This document shows positions 56,201 to 64,000 of a DNA stretch of 64,000 nucleotides, in pieces. A model generated the notes under the pieces. It ran no database searches, was not told the origin of the DNA, and saw nothing but the letters and a program-made list of their open reading frames with translations. Source of the stretch: Cyanophora paradoxa CCMP329 (lineage: Eukaryota; Plantae; Glaucophyta); the NCBI GenBank assembly GCA_004431415.1, contig QPMI01000023.1, positions 62,001 through 126,000 on the forward strand, written 5' to 3'. Within the stretch, counting starts at the first letter, position 1, and each line of letters starts with the position of its first letter. Position numbers and translations under genes: made by a program.

Positions 56201-58824
56201 CTCCGCCCCGCCCCGGCCCCGCCCCGCAGAGCCAGGAGCTCTCGCGCCTGTACAGCGTCCTCCTCTTCACCACCTATGGCGCCGGTGCGCCCCGCCCCTT
56301 CTCTGCTCTCCTCCCTCCCTCTCTTCTCCGTCTGAGCGCCGCACCGCAGAGCACGGCGTCGTCCTCTCGTCGTACTGCATCACGACGGTGCGCGCCGACA
56401 ACGTAGCTCTAGATTCCTAGCTCTTCCTCTTCTAGGTCTAGCTCGCGGCAGGCTCGCGAGAAGCAGGCTCGCGCGAAGCCGCCGCTGACGCCCGCGCGCG
56501 CGCAGCTGGCGGCGAGGGCGGTGGCGCAGGACCCCCCCACGCTGAGCGGGCACACCGCAATCGGCCTCGCGCGCGCCGCCCAGGTGCCGCCCGCTCAGAT
56601 CTGATCTGATCTGATCTGACCTGACCGCTCCGGCAGCTGTGCGGGTTCGCGGGGCACCGGAAGCGCGCGGTGCAGTGGGCGTCCCTCGCGTGGTCCATGG
56701 CCCTCGAAATCGCCTCGCCCGAGGTCCGCTCACATAGATCAGATCTGATCAGATCAGATCTGACCTGATCTGATTCGCTACCCCGTGCGCGTCCCCCAGG
56801 TCTGGCACGACGCCACGAACCCCCTCGCCCAGACCCTCCTCGCCGCCTGCGGTCAGATCCATCATATCATACCCGATCCAATCCGATCTGATCCGACGTC
56901 TGATCTGATCTGATCCGATCCGAGCAGCCTTCGAGTCGGCGAGCTCGGCGCTGCAGTTCCTCGCGGAGGAGGCAGAGCGCGCCCGCAACCTGAACCACAG
57001 TGCGCCCCAGAACGACTCTAGAGATCTAGAAACCCATCTAATCATAATACATGATACAGAAATCATAATTATAACGCCGCGGACAACTAGAAACTAGAGC
57101 TCGAAAGAAACCCGTCTAACCAGTCGGCCGAACGGCCGGACGAACGGCAGGCGCGCTGGTGTGCATCTGGCGGGGCGTGCTCGCCCTCCGCGCCTCGGCG
57201 CGCCTCGCGCACCCGGCCGGCGGCGTCCCCGGCCTCGCCTCCGAGCTCCGCTGCGCCCTCAGCGCCGTCAAGCGCAACCCAGACATCCTCGAGAGCTTCT
57301 ACACCGTGCGCGTACCCCCCCTTGACTCCTCCTCCCCCCATCTCACCTGAGCCGCAGACGGTCGCGACGGCGGTGCTGGCGCAGTGCAGCCTCCTCATGG
57401 TCCTCATACCCCCTCCCTCCCCCCCCCCCCATCCTCCTCCTCCTCCTCACCTGAAAGCAGGACGAGGCGGGGTTCGGGCTCTCGGTGCTGGAGGCGCACC
57501 TGGCGGGGCTCGTCTCGGGCGTCCGCGTCTCCCTCCCCTTCCGCGCCTCCCTCCAGGGCATCCTCGCCGCCGTGCGCCCTTAACTAAATTAACTAAAGAA
57601 CCCTTAACTAAGTTAACTAAAGAACTCTTAACCTCGCCGCCGTGCGCCCGCCCCCCTCGCCCCCTCGAGAGAAGAAGAGCTGCCGCGGCAGCAGCGGAGA
57701 CAGAGATCCAACTCTTAAACTGAGGCCTCGGCTGCCCTATGAAGAAGAGCTCTCGTGGCAGCCGAACTAGAGTCTAAATCTAAATATAAGTAAGGGCCGG
57801 CGCGCCGCCCGCGGCCCTCTTTGGAGGCCTCTGTCGAATGCATCGCTCCCGAGCAACTGACCTCGTCTCGTTCCGGTGCGGCGCAGGCGCTGTTCCGGTG
57901 CGCGGGGCCGGAGGGCCGCGGGGCGGACGGGCGCACGGCGGCGCGCGTCGCCTGCGACGCGGTGGACCTCTCCAGGGTGCGCCCTTCGAATCCGGGCAGC
58001 GGGTCGTTTCTAGGAGTTCTTGGGATTCCTCGAGACCCTTCATAAGGCGCGCCGCGCACCGTGTGAAGGGCAGCCCTCCTCCCCCTACCCCTACCCCCCC
58101 CCCCCCCCCCCCCCTGACGGAGCGGCGTGCCCCCGCGCTCCCGGGGGGCTTCAGGGCATGGGGGTGGAGCTGGTGAGCCGGCTGGGCGTCTACGCCGACT
58201 TCTTCTTCGAGGCGACCGCCGTCCTCTACTACGCCCTCCTCCACACGTGCGCAGCTTAAGCTTTGCTTCTTCTTTGTTAGGTCGGCTGGCTGACGGGCGC
58301 GCAGCGGGGCGGTGCCGGCCCTGGCGGGGCCGGCGCAGGCCCTCCTCCCGCACCTCTCACCGGACCGGAGCGGCGGGCCCGCGACGGAGCGGACGGACCC
58401 CACCGGCACCGCCTCGCAGCCGCCGCGGAGCCACTCGAACACGCTGGGGGCCGCTGCCGCCGCGCCGCCGGGGCCGGGCGAGCTGCTTGCGGCCATCGAG
58501 GGCGCCGACGCCTACATGAAGCGCGCCGGGAAGGCCCGCCTCGTGCGCTCCCTCGCGCGCACCGCGGCGGGGATCGCGCGGGCGGCGCGCGGGGACCTCC
58601 GCGGGGCCCGCGCGCGCTTCGGGGAGGCGGCGCGGGCGGCGCGGGAGGGCGGGCAGCTGCGTGACGAGGGCCTCGCCCTGCTCCTGCAGGCGGCGCACGC
58701 GCCGGCCGCCGCCGACCGCGCCCGCCTCGCCGCCGCCGCCGCCGCCCTCTTCGCCGCCGCCGGCGACGCCTTCCACGCGCGCGTCGCGCGGGCTGTGGCC
58801 GCGGCGGCGGTGGCGCCGCCTTGA
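47299..58824 (+). CDS. Soluble adenylyl cyclase (ADCY10)-like STAND protein 2 (start approximate)
   Basis: C1: VILVADISGFS|ALCEK, LCRVINGY, GEVLCFLGD|GLLVFW, LRVAVAAG. C2: FLSEFRLCSVL|FLKL, HEGSLRQVVLDDK|GMVFIGVFGL, AHENDALRAV, SVGITTGLVFC, RCEFSVFGQTVNRA|ARLM, LKGVEGK. Walker A LFEGPSGSG|KS (~50990-51100), Walker B ILVVLE|DLHHADSQSW, EKLDRLT...LKLA|AVIGVRFS, YEFLQPLTQ|EVVYSLL..ERRALH, LAHHF, YLERCAEAA. Stop 58824. Confidence 0.9.
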
Positions 58825-59558
58825 GCCGTTCGCTACGGCTCTGATGGCCGCGGCCCCGCGCGCCGGGCGGTGCTCTGCAGTACACGAAATTTAAGAAATT
58901 AATTTAGTGAATTCATCTCTGTGTCTGGGAGCGGCCAGCTGCAGGCGCCGGCGGCTCCCAAGTTTAACGGATGTGATGCTTTCAGAGTCTTTCTTCGCCC
59001 TTTCAATCTTTCAACCTCCGCCTTCGGGCTGATGTTCTGTATTTTCTCGTACAGCTTTCGACAGCATAGAGTAGCAAGCAGATTCGCCAGCGCAGTGCGT
59101 GTAATTGGTTTCCTATCTCGCCTGAATATTTCACTTTTCACATTGGATCGAATTCGAAGCTAGAGGCGCCGGCCGGCTCCAAGCTAACCCCCGCGCGCCG
59201 TTGACCGCGCGCTCGTGGGCTCGTGCAGGCCTAGGAACGTTAACGGAGCCGCGACCTAGGCCTGTGCGCATGCACCGGAGCCGCATGCAGCTCAGGAATG
59301 TGAGCTCTAGATGCACTGCAGGCGGCCATGGCCACGGCCTCCCGAGATCGAGCTCTGCGAATATCGAGTTTTAATTTAATTCGAAAGAAAAGCTGCGGCT
59401 GCGACTGCTGGGCATGCATGTGCAGGCATGCAGAGAGCTTAAGCTTGAGAGTCATGTCGCGACAGAGAAGATGCTCTAAACCGAGTAATCGCAACATTTG
59501 AACGTTGACGCTACGTATACCGCGGCCGTAGTACACTATTGAGATTATCATACTTGTA

Positions 59559-62500
59559 TTACTGGCGGAGGGCGATCGCTGCGACCGCGGCCGCGAAAGC
59601 GACCGCCGCGGACGCGAAGGCACTCCAGCGGGCCGACGGCGCCCCCGCGACCCCGCTGGACGGCCGTGGCGGAGCCGTCGAGTTCGATGACGCCTCCCCC
59701 GCCATCAAGGCGTACTGCGCCCAAAAGGAAATCAAATTCCGCGGCGATGCGATGCTGGGCCGGGGCCGGGGGCGGGTACGTACCGCGCTCAGGTGGTTGC
59801 AGGTGGCCGTGTACACGGAGCCGCCGGCGGAGGCGGCCGCGGGCGCCGCGCGGCCGCATGCCTTCCACGCCCCCGCCGCCTCGTCGAAGAAGCCGAGGGA
59901 CACGTTCTGGGCCTTTGCCGCGTCGAGCGCCCCCGAGAGGGGCAGCTCGAAGGCGATTCCGGAGGGGAAGCTGGTAAGCGGCGCCGCGTTGCCGGCCGCG
60001 TCCAGCGCCGTCGCGAATATCTCGTAGACCAGCGAGGCGAGGGAGTACCCGCCCGGCGAGCCGTAGGCGGACGCCGCGCGGGCGTTCACCGACACCTGCC
60101 GGAGGCAATGAATAATGACGGCCCAGGTCGGTCAAACATGTACAGAAATGAGTTTGAGCGATACGGGGTCCAGTCACCTGGAAGTCGGAGGCAGCAGCGT
60201 CTGTCGGGAAGCGGATCTGCGAGGGATTGGTGAGCACTGAAATGAAATGGGACCCGATCGCGACGCGTGCCGATCGCGCACTCTGGCTGACTGGAAGGTG
60301 ACGGTCAGCGACTGAGCGTCCCTCCCCGGGCAGACCTGAACGGCGCGGCGAGGGCCGGGCTCTCACGGTGCTCGCAGATCAATTTCAAGCAGTGATTCGC
60401 GCGCTGACCTTGAAGCGCAGCGGCTCGAATCCCGCCGCGGAGGTGGACGTCTGGTTGCCGCAGGCGGCCGAGGTGTCCGCGAGGGTGATCTGGGCCGACG
60501 CCCTGTTCAGCGCTTGCTGCGCCTGCGTCCGCGCGGCCGCCGCCGCCCTCGAGGTCGGGGGCAGCGACGCGAGGATCCCGGCGAGGCCCGACTGCAGCCC
60601 CTGCGCGAAAAGGATGTGGGGTCTAAGATATGAAGCTAAAATGGGGAAGAGGTGTATTTACGGCTGCATCAATGCCGGCGGTTGTGGCCAGCTTCTGCAA
60701 AAAGCAAGTTAATGTACAATTAGGAAAAAGGAAGCACGATTAAAATCACTGCCTGCGCACTGGATTCGCCTCGACGGCTTTCATGAGTAGAGTTGCGCTC
60801 CTGATCGCGTCTTCCTCCTGCGAAATAACGCGCATTCAGCAGGCGCGCGCAGTGCAAAGCTTCAGTACGCGCGATGGGCCGACCTTGAGGGCCGAAGTCT
60901 TCGCGGCCAGCGGGCCCATGGCGGAGAAGAAGTTCACAAGGGCGCCGGCGTTCTGCTGGTTCGTTAACGGGGCGGTCGGCCGGCCGGCCAGAGCCGGCCT
61001 GGCAATACTAATTGCGCTCACCGCTGTGTTGGCCAGGTCGACGCCTTCCAGCAGTTTGCTGACGGCCTGCGGAAGAGAGCGAGAGATCGATCAGGACCCC
61101 CAATTACAATAAGAGAGTAATTATTCGCGCAGAGATCCGCACGGCGATCAGGTTCGACAAGGCCGCGGTGAGCTCGGCGGCGCCGGCGGCGTTGGTCTGC
61201 AGGAGCGCCCGCTGGACGCGTACGCGGCGGAGGGCCACGTTGTTCAGCTTCGCGAAGAAGGCCTTGAGCGTGCCCAGGAGCGAGAGGAGCCGCGACATCT
61301 TGGCGTCGAAGGGGTCCGTGCCCTTCGCGATCACACTTCAACGTCAGCGCTAGCTATTTCCGCTAGAAATCTGAAACGAACGCACGTTCAAGACGGCCTG
61401 GGTTTGCTGGATCAAGACGCTCACGAGGGCCTGGCAACGCTCAAGATCGTGAGAATCGGTTCGCGATCGTCGCGAGAGAGGCGAATCCAGAAACAGACGA
61501 GCTCTTGCACCTTGAAGGCTTCCAGCGGGTCCGCGCCGGGCGAGGCCACGAGGGGCAGGACCTCGACCGGGGACGCGATCGCGAAGCGGGTCGAGAGCCT
61601 CGGCCGCGCGCCGTCCTCGACCAGCACCGACAGCTTCGCCGCCTTCGCCGTGTCCGAGGTCTGAAGGAACGATTAGTAGGAATTGGAGTTGTGAAATTTC
61701 GTGGCAGCTTTTCGCTGACCGAAGTGAAGTAGAAGGTCATCGAGGCGGCGAGGGACGAGCGGACGAGGGCGTCGGCGGAGAGGTCCGAGTAGACGGAGTA
61801 GGCGAGCGGCGGGGAGGCCGAGACCCAGCCCGTGCAGTTCACGGTCACGGGGTCCACGCCGGCCTTGGCCGAGAGGGGGCCGACGGTGCAACTTCCTCCG
61901 GAGGGGGCGGCGCCTGTTCGCGTGTTATATTAGTCGACTGGGTTGGAAACGATGAACAGAATTCGTCGTGGCTTGTGGTCGTAGAAAGCTCAAGCTTAAG
62001 GTTAATCAGGAGTTTTACGCTCGCGTACCGAGGACGGGCTGCGGCGTAGGTGCCAACGGAAGCGCCGACGGGCTTGGCGACGGGCTTGGAGAGGGGCTTG
62101 GCGACGGGCTCGGGCTGGGAGTCGGGCTCGGGCTGGGCGTTGCGCTCGGAGTAGGCGACGGGCTCGGGGTAGGCACGCAATTCACTGCAGGGGTTGCTCG
62201 GTAAGACAAACCAGTACTAGTGCCGGCTGCAGTTATAGGCCTAGATCTACAGAAAAACGGACCAGTCCCCGTTGCATTGAAACCGCGGTTGACCGAAGTA
62301 CTAGTGCCGCCGCTCGGGTCCAGGTAGTCTGGCTGGAACACTATGAAGAGCTTCGCCGAGGGGCCCGATGCGGCGAATGCGGGGAGACTGGCGACGTTGA
62401 TGATGCCCGAACCGATGCCTTTGGTCGTTGTCGTCAGGTTTTTGAACGCCGTCCCCGTGAACGCGTATACCTTAAGTTGTTTATTAGTTAAACAGTAATA

Positions 62501-63992
62501 AGAATATTAATGACCGCGGAGCTCGAGTTAGAAAATCCGCGAAGCGGAAAGCTCGAACACTTACATATGCCGTGTCGGCCGGATCCGGAACGCTACCGGC
62601 GATGGTCTCGAACTCGGCGTTCTTAAAGGACAGCGTGACGTTGCTGGTGTTAGCGCAGCTGGTCGGCACTTCGAAGACCCTGCCGGACGCCGACGGTCGC
62701 AGTGAACATGTACATCTCAACTTCAAGGAGCTCGATCTCAAATACAGATCTAGAGACCGCACCAGACGCCGAAGTTGCCCTTGCTGTAAGGTCCGTAGCT
62801 GACGGAGGCCGTCGCGTTGTATGTGGCAGCAGTGAAGCTCGTGACTGCGTCGCAGTTCGCGCAAATATCGCTGGTCGAATCAGTCGAAAAAACTTCAAGC
62901 GCCGGTGCTGCCGTTGGGGTCGCTGGAAAGTCCATTAGCGCTAGCAATGCATGCCAGGTTACAAACAAGAACTAGATGCAGGCGCGCTTACTCCCAGCTT
63001 TAGGAACGCTCCAGTACCGCGCCGTAAATGTCCAGGACTCGTAGACGTGCCAAAAGAAGACCAGCACATTCGAAGAGTGCGAGGTGACCACGGAGCCGCC
63101 AGTTTTGAGGCTGCTGCCGATGGCCAGCAGAGCCGGCGGCGAAACGCCGAAGTCCACAACCTGCGTGCATAGAATTTTAACTAAGCTTCAATCAATCAAT
63201 TCAGCTTGGAAGGGGAAGAATGGGAGGAGCGGGGGAAGGGGAGGGGCTGGGGGGCAAGGGGGGGGGGGGGGGGCTGGGGGGGGAGGGAGGAGGGGAGGGG
63301 CTGTGGCCTAGCTATAGTGGGTGAAAACAAATTTGCTCGGATAGCCCTAATAGGTCTGGCCAGGCAGAAAGGGGGTGGCCCCCTCCCCACGCGTCGCTGT
63401 TTCCAGCGGCTCGGCCGGACTAGCTAAAGTGGATGGGGATGGGGGGTGGGGCCCGCGGGGCAGGGGGTGGGTGGGTGGGGGTGGGGGGGGGGGTGGGGGG
63501 GGGGGTAGGTGGGGCGTGGGGCGCTCAGAAATCAGTTCCTGAAAAGCCGGACTAGTGCGCGCGCGCCAGCGTTGCAAGCCTGGCCATAGCGTTCGCATTT
63601 GCACGAGCGCACCTTGAGGCCGGTCCCATTGTATGCCCACCTGCCGATCGCTGGAAGAACCTGAGAGACGAACTCCACGCGGATGACCTCGCCCGCCGCC
63701 GCCGTGATAGCCCTGGACACGCATATATGCTTGAGCTCAAAAGCAAAGGCTGGAGCAAAGGCTCAAAGGCTTTGAATGATCATGAGATGGCGCCGGCGCA
63801 CCAGGCGTAAGAGTCTTCGAAGAGGTTGCCGTAGTTGCTAGTGTAGCTGATGTTCAGCCAGGCCGGTGTTGAGGAGGCGACCAGGGCGCCCGGCTGCGTG
63901 CTCTGCGCCGAGAGCTGGCCGCTGACCCCGGCCAACGGAGCCAGAATGCAGCTGCAGGCTAGGGCGCAGACGATGATGCTGCAGCTGGCCAT
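59559..63992 (-). CDS. Secreted/cell-surface protein: signal peptide, CUB-like domains, Ser/Pro linker, REJ-like and GAIN/GPS region, short C-terminal hydrophobic tail
   Basis: Signal peptide MASCSIIVCALACSCILAPLAGVSG. CUB-like motifs NYGNLFEDSYAWC, AITAAAGEVIRVEF, VTSHSSNVLVFF...WTFTARY, NVTLSFKNAEFE. (SP)n linker. REJ-like VTVNCTGWVSASPPLAY. GPS FFDEAAGAWKACG...TCNHLSA|YALM. Ends SAFASAAVAFAAAVAAIALRQ-stop. Confidence 0.7.
62068..62176 (-). repeat. (Ser-Pro/Thr-Pro)n coding repeat, HRGP-like linker
   Basis: Encodes PTPSPSPTPSATPSPSPTPSPSPSPSPSPSPSPS. Confidence 0.85.
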
Positions 63993-64000
63993 GGCCCCAG

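Noticed and set aside
1-64000. Hundreds of long Pro/Arg/Gly/Ala-rich six-frame ORFs
   Set aside because: Expected from stop-codon scarcity at very high GC. They read through introns or lie antisense to the real spliced genes.
1-64000. Naming the source organism
   Set aside because: The style suggests a GC-rich, intron-dense alga or protist, but no diagnostic marker in the window supports a taxon call without a database search.

Overview
GC-rich, intron-dense eukaryotic (protist/algal-type) genomic DNA with short introns of about 50-130 nt. Most six-frame ORFs are GC artefacts, so genes were reconstructed by splicing exons by eye and boundaries are approximate. Nine genes are visible: (1) an LRR-coiled-coil-TIR protein (-); (2) the NOP2/NSUN1 rRNA m5C methyltransferase (+), whose largest intron holds six near-identical copies of a box H/ACA snoRNA (five in a 163-bp tandem array); (3) a membrane-anchored class-3 lipase with about 8 Cys-paired beta-sandwich-like repeats (+); (4) TBCK (-); (5) a soluble-adenylyl-cyclase-like STAND protein (cyclase-cyclase-P-loop-helical) (+); (6) an uncharacterised protein with MORN-like and EF-hand-like motifs (+); (7) a ZNFX1-like SF1 helicase with CCCH, NFX1 and RZ fingers (-); (8) a second sAC-like STAND cyclase (+); (9) a secreted CUB/REJ-like/GPS protein with only a short hydrophobic tail (-). 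Highlights are the amplified intronic snoRNA array with a plausible 18S rRNA target and the concentration of immune-type signalling architectures. Frequent GC-AG introns and intron-specific micro-palindrome expansions also stand out.
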